This document shows positions 1 to 8,891 of a stretch of 64,000 bases of DNA, piece by piece. The translations under genes were made by a program, and so were the position numbers. Source of the stretch: an uncultured Solirubrobacterales bacterium (GTDB lineage: Bacteria; Actinomycetota; Thermoleophilia; Solirubrobacterales; 70-9); NCBI GenBank assembly GCA_963704505.1, contig OY969912.1, positions 2,294,927-2,358,926 on the forward strand. The letters are read 5' to 3'. A model generated the notes under the pieces. The model was not told the origin of the DNA and ran no database searches. It saw only the letters and a list, made by a program, of their open reading frames with translations. The stretch's first letter is position 1. Each line of letters opens with the position of its first letter.

Positions 1-1
1 C

Positions 2-358
2 CGTGCCCCCCGGGCCGCTGGCCTTGGGCGTCGCCGCCGATTCGGATTCTTCACCGCCGCCGGCTTCGGCTTCTTCAGAGGCTTTGGAGCCTTCGGAGCT
101 TGGTGGGAGAGCCTGCGCCTCGCCCTTTTCGAAGGCCGCGCCGGCCTCCAGGTACTCGGTGCCGCGTTCCTTTTCCTCGTTCTTGCCGTTGAGGACGGCG
201 AAAGTGGTTGCCGCGACGATCAGCCCAAGGAAGACCAGCACGATGACCGGGCCAAATTTGCCGGGGAACTTCTCGAACCGCAGCCCGATGAAGCTCGTAA
301 CCACGGCCAAGCCGGCGAGGGTGCCACCGAGGATGTAGAAGATCGTTGCGTCGCTCAT
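2..358 (-). CDS. Hypothetical small membrane protein; N-terminal part only, because the gene runs off the window start
   Basis: ATG at 356-358 on the minus strand, open to the window edge, so it is absent from the ORF track. My translation is MSDATIFYILGGTLAGLAVVTSFIGLRFEKFPGKFGPVIVLVFLGLIVAATTFAVLNGKNEEKERG..., giving two hydrophobic helices followed by an acidic/Ala-rich tail. This frame has strong G/C third-position bias and is more protein-like than the listed + ORF 3..338. Confidence 0.45.
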   Translation of the reverse strand, partial: MSDATIFYILGGTLAGLAVVTSFIGLRFEKFPGKFGPVIVLVFLGLIVAATTFAVLNGKNEEKERGTEYLEAGAAFEKGEAQALPPSSEGSKASEEAEAGGGEESESAATPKASGPGGT

Positions 359-380
359 TCGCGGCGGAATCCTACCTTTT

Positions 381-403
381 GGGGGCGGCAGCGAGCCGCC
401 CCC
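381..403 (-). terminator. GC-rich hairpin just downstream of recA; possible U-tract-less terminator or attenuator
   Basis: Perfect 9-bp stem GGGGGCGGC / GCCGCCCCC with a 5-nt loop, between the recA stop (417) and the next start (358). No U-run follows on the minus strand, so this is not a canonical intrinsic terminator. Confidence 0.35.
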
Positions 404-416
404 TCGGACCTCGGGG

Positions 417-1520
417 TCAGGCGGCTTTGACCTCCGCCACCGGCGGCTCCGGGCTTTCCTCGACAGCCGGCACCGGGGCGGGTGTCCCGTCGATGCCGAG
501 CGCGACCCGAATCTTCGACTCGATCTCCGCCGCCAGCTCGGGGTTGTCCTTGAGGAACTGCTTGGCGTTGTTGCGCCCCTGACCGAGCCTCGTCTCCCCG
601 TAGGAGAAGAACGAGCCCGATTTCTGAATCAGGTCCTGCTCGATGCCGAAGTCGAGGAGGCCCCCCTCTCGGGAGATCCCCTCCCCATACTCGATGTCGA
701 ACTCGGCCTGGCGGAACGGCGCCGCGACTTTGTTCTTGACGACTTTGACCCGGACCCGGTTTCCGACCGCCTCGGTCCCTTCTTTGAGGGTTTCGATGCG
801 GCGGATGTCGAGCCGCTGCGAGGAGGCGAACTTGAGCGCCCGGCCCCCCGGCTGCGTCTCCGGCGAGCCGAACTGGACGCCGACTTTTTCGCGGATCTGG
901 TTGGTGAAGACGCAGACCGTGTTGGTGCGGTTGAGATTGCCGGCGAGTTTGCGCATCGCCTGCGACATCAGGCGTGCCTGGAGGCCGACCGTCTGGTCGC
1001 CGATCTGGCCTTCGAGCTCGGCTTTCGGGGTCAGCGCGGCGACCGAGTCGATGGCGACGACGTCGACTGCCGTGGAGGCGATCAGGCGGTCTGCGATCTG
1101 CAGCGCCTGCTCGCCGTAGTCGGGCTGGGAGACGAGCAGCTCATCGCAATCGACGCCGATCGCGTTGGCGTAGATCGGGTCCATCGCGTGCTCGGTGTCG
1201 ATGAAGACACAGACCCCGCCGCGGGCCTGCGCCTGGGCGATGATGTGGTAGACCAGCGTCGTCTTCCCTGAGGACTCGGGGCCGAATATCTCGACGATCC
1301 GGCCGCGGGGAACGCCGCCGATGCCAAGCGCCAGGTCGAGCGCCAGCGAACCGGTCGGGATCGAGCCGATCTGGACCTTGCTGTCGGCGCCGAGGCGCAT
1401 CAGCAGGCCCTCGCCGAACTCCTTCTGGATATGGGTGACGGCGTTCTCGAGCGCCGCGTCTTTGGCCTTTGCCTCCTTGGCGGAAGCGTCTTTCAGAGCC
1501 GGTTTCCTATCTGCTGCCAT
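417..1520 (-). CDS. recA: Recombinase RecA
   Basis: Unmistakable RecA sequence: Walker [11 protein letters not shown], then [15 protein letters not shown] and NQIREKVGV. The ORF-track start (1610) is over-extended. The ATG at 1518-1520 ([10 protein letters not shown]...) lies 5 nt after the thpR-like stop. Confidence 0.97.
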   Translation of the reverse strand: MAADRKPALKDASAKEAKAKDAALENAVTHIQKEFGEGLLMRLGADSKVQIGSIPTGSLALDLALGIGGVPRGRIVEIFGPESSGKTTLVYHIIAQAQARGGVCVFIDTEHAMDPIYANAIGVDCDELLVSQPDYGEQALQIADRLIASTAVDVVAIDSVAALTPKAELEGQIGDQTVGLQARLMSQAMRKLAGNLNRTNTVCVFTNQIREKVGVQFGSPETQPGGRALKFASSQRLDIRRIETLKEGTEAVGNRVRVKVVKNKVAAPFRQAEFDIEYGEGISREGGLLDFGIEQDLIQKSGSFFSYGETRLGQGRNNAKQFLKDNPELAAEIESKIRVALGIDGTPAPVPAVEESPEPPVAEVKAA

Positions 1521-1525
1521 CTGTC

Positions 1526-2113
1526 TCACCTCAAGTCGATTTGCGCCAAGGGGGTGTACTCCGCACCCTGTGGCTTGAGTTCGGAACGGTAAAGAGCGAC
1601 CCGGACGCAACGGACCGGGCGCGACAGGGGCCGGGTGAGCGCCCCCGGCGGGCTCGTCACCTGCTTCGGGTGGCGTGGGCCCCGCTTCTCCGGGCGCACC
1701 CTGGCGACGGTCAGATGAGGCCAGAATGGCCGCTTCTCGGGCTCGTACAGCCCCTCCGCGGCCAAGCGCGCCACCAGGTCCTCTCGAAGCTTGACGATGC
1801 CGGAGGACTCGACCGGGATCGCGTAGAGCCTCGGCCTCCCCCGCTCCGGCCTGGCGACGGGATCACGCAGCTCGGCCTGCGGTGCCGGCGCGTCGATCGC
1901 CCCGACGATCTCGGCGAGGCGATCGACCTCCTTCTCCGGCCGGTAGCCGAGGAAGACGAGCGTCACGTGGAGCGACACCGGCGACACCGGCCGCAGGGCC
2001 GGGTCGGCGAGCTCCTCCCTCCCCCAGGCGTCGATCGCCGCCCTCGCCCCGGACGGGAGGTCCAGGGCGATGAACAACCGCACCCGCGGGCTCTTGAGGC
2101 GCTCCTTGGCCAT
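1526..2113 (-). CDS. thpR: RNA 2',3'-cyclic phosphodiesterase / 2'-5' RNA ligase family (2H phosphoesterase)
   Basis: Carries the two H-x-T/S-x motifs of the 2H superfamily (LHVTLVFLG and PHLTVARV). Size is about 195 aa. Confidence 0.8.
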   Translation of the reverse strand: MAKERLKSPRVRLFIALDLPSGARAAIDAWGREELADPALRPVSPVSLHVTLVFLGYRPEKEVDRLAEIVGAIDAPAPQAELRDPVARPERGRPRLYAIPVESSGIVKLREDLVARLAAEGLYEPEKRPFWPHLTVARVRPEKRGPRHPKQVTSPPGALTRPLSRPVRCVRVALYRSELKPQGAEYTPLAQIDLR

Positions 2114-2180
2114 GGGGGCAAGCTATGCCCGGGCACCGGGCAAGACAACGCCCGATTGCGACAAGAGACGCCGACGGCCG

Positions 2181-3467
2181 TTACAAAGGCGGCTCTCCGC
2201 CCCCGAGCAGAGTCCGCAGCATGTGCAGCCCCACCAGCCCCGAGCGTTCGCGGATGTCCTCACGGCCGCCCGGAATCACCGGATCACGGGCGATCGCCGT
2301 CCCATCCGCCAGCCGGGCGTTGAAGCAGACGTAGCCGACCGGCTTCTCCTCGCTGCCCCCATCGGGCCCGGCGATCCCGGTGATCGAGACGGCGACGTCG
2401 GCGCCGAAGCGGTCCAGCGCCCCCACCGCCATCGCCTCGGCGACCTCGGGGGAGACGGCGCCGTGGCGCTCGATCAGCGCCGGGTCGACCCCGAGCAGCT
2501 CCGACTTGGCCTCGTTGGCGTAGGAGACGATGCTGCCCGCCAGATAGGCAGAGGCGCCGGGGATCCTGGTGATGCGTGCGGCCAGCAGGCCGCCGCTGCA
2601 CGACTCGGCCAGGCCGAGCCGGTGGCCGGCGAGCAGTTTCGCGACCTGCGAGTCGATCGTCTCGCCGTCGAGGCTGAAGAGCTGGGTGCTGTGGCGCTCG
2701 GCGAAGCCCTCGCGGACCGCTTCGGCGGTCGCCGACGCCTCGTCGCGGTAGCGGACGTCGATCTCGATCTCGCCGCGGCGCAGGCAGGTGGTGATCTCGA
2801 CCTCGGAGAGAGCCACGCCTTCCTCCTCCATCTCCCGCAGGCTTTTGGCGATCTCGGACTCGGGGATGCCGAAGAGGCGCAGCGTGTAGCCGCGCAGCGG
2901 GGTCGCCCGCGCGAGGACCTCCTTGACCTCGCCGGTCTCCAGGGCGGCGGGCCACATCGGCTGCAGCTCGCGCGGGGGGCCGGGCAGAACGATCACGGCT
3001 CGGTCGCCGTTCGGCACGACCAGCCCCGGCGCGGTTCCGATCGGGTCGAGCGGAGTCGCCCCCTCCGGCACCATCGCCTGCTTTCGGTTGGCCTCGATCA
3101 CGGCCTCCTCGTCGAATTTGAAGCGGCGCGCAAAGCCGCGCAGGATCTCGGCGATCTTCGCCTCGGTCGCCTCGTCGAGCGCCAGCTCTCGCCCGGTGAA
3201 ACTGCCGACCACCTCGGCCGTGAGATCGTCGGCGGTCGGCCCGAGCCCGCCTGAGGTGACGATCAGGTCCATGCCCTCCCCATCAAGGAAGCGCAGTGCC
3301 GCCTCGAGGTCATCCGGGCGGTCGGCGACGACGATGATGTGGGCGACCTCTACGCCGCGCTCGGCGAGCTGTTCGGACAGCCACGGCCCATTGAGGTCGG
3401 AAATCCGCCCGGTGAGCACCTCGGTGCCGGTGACGACGATCCCGGCCCGGACCGGTCGCTCGCTCAT
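2181..3467 (-). CDS. cinA: CinA family protein (competence/damage-inducible; MoCF-binding N-domain plus nicotinamide-nucleotide amidase PncC domain)
   Basis: N-terminus IVVTGTEVLTGRISDLNGPWL and C-terminal CinA domain AESCSGGLLAARIT...GIAGPDGG. Its ATG overlaps the upstream stop (ATGA). Confidence 0.9.
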   Translation of the reverse strand: MSERPVRAGIVVTGTEVLTGRISDLNGPWLSEQLAERGVEVAHIIVVADRPDDLEAALRFLDGEGMDLIVTSGGLGPTADDLTAEVVGSFTGRELALDEATEAKIAEILRGFARRFKFDEEAVIEANRKQAMVPEGATPLDPIGTAPGLVVPNGDRAVIVLPGPPRELQPMWPAALETGEVKEVLARATPLRGYTLRLFGIPESEIAKSLREMEEEGVALSEVEITTCLRRGEIEIDVRYRDEASATAEAVREGFAERHSTQLFSLDGETIDSQVAKLLAGHRLGLAESCSGGLLAARITRIPGASAYLAGSIVSYANEAKSELLGVDPALIERHGAVSPEVAEAMAVGALDRFGADVAVSITGIAGPDGGSEEKPVGYVCFNARLADGTAIARDPVIPGGREDIRERSGLVGLHMLRTLLGGGEPPL

Positions 3468-4228
3468 GCGCAGGTCGGCCTTTCGGCTTCTGAGAGCTCG
3501 GTCAGCGCGCCATCGCGTCCGATCTCGTACCCGAGCGGGCTCGCGCTTTCCGGTACGCGCTTCTGCTTTCCGTCGATCCTCATCTCCACCTCGCCGTTGC
3601 CGAAGGCGACCGTGAAGGTATCGGAGTGGAACGGCCCTTCCCGCGCCCCGTCGGCGAGGACCTGGCCGTCGACCAGCGCCTTGCCGTCCGAGTTGAGCAC
3701 GCAGACCCAGACTTCGGCGGTCGCCAGGACGCTCAGCTCGACCGAAGAGGAGCGACCGGTCGCAGGCGCCCGGTTAGTTGCCGGGGTGGCCTCAGGCGGA
3801 TTTTGCGCGACTTCCCCCGACCCGCCCGGGGAGTCGCCGCCGATCAGGGCGATCGCGGCGACCGCGACGGCGAGGACGGCGACTACAACGGCGGCGACCA
3901 GCGCCCGCGATCGACCAGAGCCGGGTGAGGCCCGCCGGGACTGCCCGCCGGGCCGGGCCGGCTGGGCCCGTGGGGCGCCGGCCTCGCCCGCTGCCGGTGG
4001 GGCTCCGCCGAATTCGCCCGCCAGCCGGTCGCCGTCGAGGCCGAGGTAGTTGGCATAGGTCCTGATGAAGCTGCGCGTGTAGGAGCCCTCGGGCAGCGCG
4101 TCCCATTCCTCAGCCTCGATCGCGCTCAGGTACCGGACGCGGATCCTGATCTCGGCCTCGATCTCGAAAAGCGGCAGTTTGCGGCGATTCCTCGCCTTGC
4201 GAAGGGTCTCTCCGATTCCGCTCGCCAC
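3464..4228 (-). CDS. RodZ-like helix-turn-helix membrane protein (HTH plus Pro/Ala-rich linker/TM plus DUF4115-like C-domain)
   Basis: N-terminal HTH (IGETLRKARNRRKLPLFEIEAEIRIRVRYLSAIE), a hydrophobic segment (ALVAAVVVAVLAVAVAAIALI) and a beta-rich C-terminus. GTG start. Confidence 0.7.
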   Translation of the reverse strand: MASGIGETLRKARNRRKLPLFEIEAEIRIRVRYLSAIEAEEWDALPEGSYTRSFIRTYANYLGLDGDRLAGEFGGAPPAAGEAGAPRAQPARPGGQSRRASPGSGRSRALVAAVVVAVLAVAVAAIALIGGDSPGGSGEVAQNPPEATPATNRAPATGRSSSVELSVLATAEVWVCVLNSDGKALVDGQVLADGAREGPFHSDTFTVAFGNGEVEMRIDGKQKRVPESASPLGYEIGRDGALTELSEAERPTCA

Positions 4229-4247
4229 GGAATCATTGTGACCCGGG

Positions 4248-6542
4248 TCAGGCTTGGCCGTCTACATCGGCGCCGACGGGAGCGGCTTCGGCACCGGTCA
4301 CGCGGGCGAGATCGGCCTGGGTGATCAGCACCTGGCGGGGCTTGGAGCCCTCGTAACCGGAGATCACGCCGCGCCGCTCGAGCATGTCGATCAACCTGCC
4401 GGCGCGGGTGTAGCCGACTCGCAGTCGGCGCTGGATCATCGATACGGAAGCGGTCTCGGTCTCGACCACGAGGCGAATCGCCTCGTCGAGCAGATCGTCA
4501 CTGTCGGGGTCGAAGTCGCCGCCGGGTTCGACGCCCTCCTCGACCACCTCGCGGGTCTCGAGCAGCTCGGCCTCGAATTCAGGCTCGCCCTGCTTCGCCC
4601 AGTGCCCGGTGATCTTGGCGATCTCGTCCTCGGTGATGAAGGCACCCTGGATCCGGGCAAGCTTCGAGGTGCCGGCGCCGCGCAGCAGCATGTCGCCCTG
4701 TCCGAGCAGCGCCTCCGCCCCGCCCTGGTCCAGGATCACCCTGGAATCGGTCTGCGAGGAGACGGCGAAGGCGATCCGGGCCGGGATATTGACCTTGATC
4801 GTGCCGGTGATGATGTCGGTCGAAGGACGCTGCGTCGCCAGCACAAGATGAATCCCGGTCGCCCGCGACTTCTGGGCCAGGCGGATGATCGAGTCCTCGA
4901 CCTCGGACGGGGCGACCATCATCAGGTCCGCGAGCTCGTCGATCACGCAGAGGATGTGCGGGAGCGGCGCTTCGCCGGCTTTGGTGCGCGCCCGATTCAG
5001 TTCATCGAGGTTGCGGCAGCGGGCCTGGCTCATGATCCCGTAGCGGCTCTCCATCTCAACGATCAGGTTGGCCAGGACGTTGGCGGCCAATCGTGGCGAG
5101 GTGACGACGGGGGTCAGCAGGTGGGGAACGTTCTCGTAGTGATTGAGCTCAACCTGCTTGGGGTCGACGAGAACGAAGCGGACCTCGTTCGGCGAGGCCT
5201 GCATGAGGATCGAGGAGAGAATCGCGTTGACGCAGCCGCTCTTGCCCGAGCCGGTCGTCCCTGCGACGAGGACGTGCGGCATCTTCGCCAGGTCTGCCCA
5301 GACGGCGTTGCCGTCGATCCCCTTACCGAGCCAGGCGACGAGCGGCGAGGTCTTTTTCGGCCGGCCCGCGTAGATGTCGCCGAGGCGGACCATGCGGCGG
5401 CGGGCGTTCGGCACCTCGACGCCGACCGCCTGTTTTCCGGGGATCGGCGCGAGAATGCGGATGTCGGTCGAAGCGAGGGCGTAGGCGAGATCGTTGGCGA
5501 GCTCGGTGACTTTCTTGACTTTCGTTCCCGGCGCCAGGCGCAGCTCGAAACGGGAGACGTGCGGGCCGCTGACCAGGCCGACGATTTTCGCGTCGACGCC
5601 GAAATGACCGAGGGTCTCGACCAGCTTGCGGCCGACGATCTCCTGGTCGCGGGGATCGGGGCCCTTTTCGCTGGTGCTGCCGCGCTCGAGCGAGTTCGCG
5701 GGCGGCGGCCGGTAGTCGACCTGCTCCGATTCCGTGACGCCGCGTTTGTTGCCCTGCGGAGTGAGGGCGGCGGGGACGGCCGCCAGCTCGGTGGTCGGGG
5801 GGTCTGCGGCGGCACCCGCGAGACCCTCTACCTCCGAGGTTCCGGCAGCGTCCGCAACCTTGGCGGTGCCGGCGGGGTCCTCCCCCTCCTCCGAAAGAAT
5901 CAGAGTGCGATCGTCGTCGGACTCGGGCGGGGCTTCGCCGTCAACCGCCGCCTCCTCCGCTTCGCGTCCGGAGGCGGCGGGGTCACCTTGTGCGGCGTCA
6001 CCCTTGGAATCCAGGTCGGCGACGGTCGTGAAGTCGAAGTCGTCGTCCTCGGCGAGGGCCACGGTGGGCTCGAACTCGTCCTCGTCGGGGTAGGTGCTCA
6101 TCACGTCGGTGCGGCCGGCGCGGGTCTCGGCGGTACGTTCGTCGCGGCGGGCCTCGCGGTGCTGGATCGCGGTCTGAGCGGCGTCGCGGCTGCCGAGGAA
6201 AAGACGTCGCGTCGCGCGGCCTGCTGCGCGGACGATCGAGGAGATCGAGGTCCCGGTGACCAGCACCCCGCCGATGATCAGACAGAGAATCGTCGCGATC
6301 CGGGCGCCGACGGTCCCGACCGCGTACTCGAGCGCGGTTTCGATCCCGTAGCCGACCTTGCCGCCCTCCCAACCGAAGAAGAGGACGAAGGTGAGGTAGA
6401 TCCCGGCGGCGATCAGGAAGAGGCCGATCAGGTCGACATGCCGCTGGCCGAGGCTGATCGGCAGCTGTGGGCGTCCTTTGGCCGGTTTGGATTTCCTCGC
6501 TTTGGAGCCGCGTTTGACCGGTCGCTTCTTGCGCACGAACAT
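4248..6542 (-). CDS. ftsK: DNA translocase FtsK/SpoIIIE
   Basis: N-terminal TM helices, an acidic linker, a motor domain with Walker A GTTGSGKS, and a gamma wHTH domain (SVSMIQRRLRVGYTRAGRLIDMLE). The start is taken at ATG 6540-6542 (MFVRKKRP...); the ORF track extends to 6584. Confidence 0.93.
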   Translation of the reverse strand: MFVRKKRPVKRGSKARKSKPAKGRPQLPISLGQRHVDLIGLFLIAAGIYLTFVLFFGWEGGKVGYGIETALEYAVGTVGARIATILCLIIGGVLVTGTSISSIVRAAGRATRRLFLGSRDAAQTAIQHREARRDERTAETRAGRTDVMSTYPDEDEFEPTVALAEDDDFDFTTVADLDSKGDAAQGDPAASGREAEEAAVDGEAPPESDDDRTLILSEEGEDPAGTAKVADAAGTSEVEGLAGAAADPPTTELAAVPAALTPQGNKRGVTESEQVDYRPPPANSLERGSTSEKGPDPRDQEIVGRKLVETLGHFGVDAKIVGLVSGPHVSRFELRLAPGTKVKKVTELANDLAYALASTDIRILAPIPGKQAVGVEVPNARRRMVRLGDIYAGRPKKTSPLVAWLGKGIDGNAVWADLAKMPHVLVAGTTGSGKSGCVNAILSSILMQASPNEVRFVLVDPKQVELNHYENVPHLLTPVVTSPRLAANVLANLIVEMESRYGIMSQARCRNLDELNRARTKAGEAPLPHILCVIDELADLMMVAPSEVEDSIIRLAQKSRATGIHLVLATQRPSTDIITGTIKVNIPARIAFAVSSQTDSRVILDQGGAEALLGQGDMLLRGAGTSKLARIQGAFITEDEIAKITGHWAKQGEPEFEAELLETREVVEEGVEPGGDFDPDSDDLLDEAIRLVVETETASVSMIQRRLRVGYTRAGRLIDMLERRGVISGYEGSKPRQVLITQADLARVTGAEAAPVGADVDGQA

Positions 6543-6647
6543 TTGCACCCGTTCGACACCGTCGCGCCGACACCTTCGCGCCACCGCCTGGGGCCTAAAT
6601 TCACGGTAAAAGCGGGCTGAGCGGCGAGAAGCCGGGTTTAAGATCGG

Positions 6648-7349
6648 GTGCTGATGAACACGACCGAGATAGACAGCGCCGGCGGCAGGGTCCTCGTCGT
6701 CGAGGATGACGTCGAGATTCTCGACGTCCTGCGCCGCTCGCTGCGCAATGAGGGCTACGAGGTGCGCACCTCCGCCGACGGCGTCGACGCGCTCGACGTC
6801 GCCGCCGGCTTCGTGCCCGATCTGGTCGTTCTCGACCTCGGCCTCCCCCGCCTCGACGGGGTCGAGGTCTGTCGCCGGCTACGCGCCGACAGCGACGTGC
6901 CGATCCTGATGCTGACCGCGCGCACCGAGACCGAAGACCGGGTCGACGGACTCGACAGCGGTGCAGACGACTATCTGGTCAAGCCTTTCGAGCGCCGTGA
7001 GCTTCTCGCCCGGATTCGCGCCTTGCTGCGCCGCCGCCCGCCGCGCGGCGCCGCCTCGCTCGAGGTCGGCGATCTCTCCCTCAACCCCGATACCCGCGAG
7101 GTTCGCCGCGGCGAGCGGGAAATCGAGCTGACCAACCGGGAGTTCGAGCTGCTCGAGTTCCTGCTCCGCAACCAGCGCCTCGTCGTCTCCCGGGAGCGCC
7201 TGCTCGATGAGGTCTGGGGCTACGACCCGACCGCCGCCACCAACACGATCGACGTCTTCGTCTCCAACCTGCGGCGCAAGCTGGAGTCGGGCGGCGAGAC
7301 CCGCCTTCTGCACACGAAACGCGGCGCCGGCTACGTGATCAAGGAGTAG
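6648..7349 (+). CDS. OmpR-family two-component response regulator
   Basis: Receiver domain (VLVVEDD...DLVVLDLGLPRLDG) plus winged-helix output (LTNREFELLEFLLRN...RGAGYVI). Start is GTG at 6648 or ATG at 6654. Confidence 0.92.
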   Translation: MLMNTTEIDSAGGRVLVVEDDVEILDVLRRSLRNEGYEVRTSADGVDALDVAAGFVPDLVVLDLGLPRLDGVEVCRRLRADSDVPILMLTARTETEDRVDGLDSGADDYLVKPFERRELLARIRALLRRRPPRGAASLEVGDLSLNPDTREVRRGEREIELTNREFELLEFLLRNQRLVVSRERLLDEVWGYDPTAATNTIDVFVSNLRRKLESGGETRLLHTKRGAGYVIKE

Positions 7350-7351
7350 CC

Positions 7352-8815
7352 GTGCGGCCGGGGAGCAAGCGGCCGAGCGGCGCCGGCGGCCGCCGGCTGA
7401 GACCGCGCAACTGGCCGGTCCGCTGGCGTATCGCGGCGACCTCGGCGAGCCTGACCCTGATCATCCTGCTGGTCTTCGGAGGGGTGATCGGCAAGGTCGC
7501 CACCAACCGGATCCGCGACGACTTCAACCGCGAGGTGCGCGGCGCGACCCAGACCCTTGCGGCTGAACTCGAGATCGCCTACACGCCCTTCGGGGAAATC
7601 GTCCGCGCGCCCCGTTTCAACGACTTCGTACGCCCCGATGAAGCGGAGATCCGCGTCTACGACGTCAACGGGAACCTGATCGGCCACAGCGCAGGCGCCG
7701 CCTCCCTGGGCCCGGCGGAACTCGGGCTGACCACCTTCAACGGCAATCGGGTCGCAACCGGCGAAGTCCACAACGACGAAGGGGTGACCTCCGGGTACGT
7801 CCAGTACGGGCGCAGCACCGCGCACGTCAACTCGACCATCGACCACCTCTGGATCTTCATCGCCGCCGGGGTGTTCGCCGGCGCCCTCCTGGCGAGCCTC
7901 GCCGGGCTCGCGATCGCCGGCCGCGCGATGAGGCCGATCTCATCGCTGACCGCGAGCGCCCGCAAGATCGCCGACACCGGCGACCCCTCCCGCCACATGC
8001 CCCAGCCCAAAGCCGACGACGAGGTCGGCGAGCTGGCCCGCACCCTCGAGCAGATGCTTCGCTCGTTGGACGCGGCGCGCGCCGAGCGCGAGTCGGCGAT
8101 GAAGAAGCAGCGCGAGTTCGTCGCCGACGCCTCGCACGAGCTGCGGACCCCCCTGACCAGCATCCTCGCCAACCTCGAGCTGCTCCAGGAATCGCTGCGC
8201 GAGCCCCAGTACGAGGACGACAGGGCGATGATCGGCTCCGCGCTGCGGTCCTCGCAGCGGATGAGCCGGCTCGTCTCCGACCTGCTGCTGCTCGCCAAGG
8301 CCGACGCGGGCAAGGCCGGCACCCACATGAGCTGCGACCTCGCCGAAGTCGCCGGCAACGCGGCTGTCGAGGCGGCGCCCCTGATGGGCGACCGCCGGCT
8401 CTCGGTGGAGAACGACCACCCCCTGCGGATCGACGGGAATCCGGACGAGCTGCACCGGATGGTCCTCAACCTGCTCGACAACGCAGCCCGACACACGCCT
8501 CCCGGCTCTTCGGTCGACCTCCGGCTCCACGCCGAGGAAGGCGACGCCGTGGTCGAGGTCGCCGACGACGGGCCGGGGATCCCGCCCGCGGTCCGGGGCC
8601 AGGTCTTCGATCGCTTCGTTCGCGGCGACGGGCCCGCCGACACCGCCACCGGCCCAGGCAGCGGCCTCGGGCTGGCGATCGTCAGTGCCGTGGCGGAATC
8701 CCACGGAGGCACGGCCAGCGTCAGCGAGTCCAATCACGGCGGGGCGCTGTTCCGCGTCAGCCTGCCCCTCGCCGGCGCTGAGATACCTATTACGCCCGCT
8801 TTAGATCGCCTTTAG
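7352..8815 (+). CDS. Sensor histidine kinase (TM-HAMP-HisKA-HATPase)
   Basis: H-box ADASHELRTPLTSI, N-box LLDNAARHT, G-boxes DDGPGIP and GSGLGLAIV. Lies 2 nt after the regulator gene. Confidence 0.9.
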   Translation: MRPGSKRPSGAGGRRLRPRNWPVRWRIAATSASLTLIILLVFGGVIGKVATNRIRDDFNREVRGATQTLAAELEIAYTPFGEIVRAPRFNDFVRPDEAEIRVYDVNGNLIGHSAGAASLGPAELGLTTFNGNRVATGEVHNDEGVTSGYVQYGRSTAHVNSTIDHLWIFIAAGVFAGALLASLAGLAIAGRAMRPISSLTASARKIADTGDPSRHMPQPKADDEVGELARTLEQMLRSLDAARAERESAMKKQREFVADASHELRTPLTSILANLELLQESLREPQYEDDRAMIGSALRSSQRMSRLVSDLLLLAKADAGKAGTHMSCDLAEVAGNAAVEAAPLMGDRRLSVENDHPLRIDGNPDELHRMVLNLLDNAARHTPPGSSVDLRLHAEEGDAVVEVADDGPGIPPAVRGQVFDRFVRGDGPADTATGPGSGLGLAIVSAVAESHGGTASVSESNHGGALFRVSLPLAGAEIPITPALDRL

Positions 8816-8848
8816 CGGCCGGCCGTAGGTTTTTTCGCGGACGAGACA

Positions 8849-8889
8849 CGGGGCCCGCCGGGTTCTCCCCAACAGCCTCCGGCGGGCCC
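8849..8889 (+). terminator. Hairpin between the convergent histidine kinase and rnj genes
   Basis: Perfect 12-bp inverted repeat GGGGCCCGCCGG ... CCGGCGGGCCCC with a 17-nt loop, followed by TTTAAA on the + strand. Confidence 0.5.
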
Positions 8890-8891
8890 CT

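Noticed and set aside
3-338. 111-aa + strand ORF at the window start
   Set aside because: Its translation is Pro/Ala/Ser-rich. The opposite strand encodes a more convincing two-TM protein with proper GC3 bias, starting at ATG 358.
4254-6620. 788-aa + strand ORF antisense to ftsK. The same class includes 8967..10619 (anti-rnj), 14610..15584 (anti-pnp), 20755..21948 (anti-infB), 23034..24338 (anti-nusA), 24843..25916 (anti-coaBC) and 42319..43659. It also includes 46074..47033 (anti-corA), 47471..48220, 49455..50483, 51307..52254, 58058..59002 and 61448..62479.
   Set aside because: All are antisense to genes with clear family signatures. They have low-complexity Arg/Gly/Asp/His-rich translations and no recognisable motifs, so I treat them as high-GC shadow ORFs.
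8816-8840. Second terminator directly after the histidine kinase stop (GCGGCCGGCCGT plus TTTTTT)
   Set aside because: Only a 4-bp stem with a G-T wobble can form around the GGCCGGCC palindrome, which is too weak to call. The 12-bp hairpin at 8849-8889 is the credible structure.
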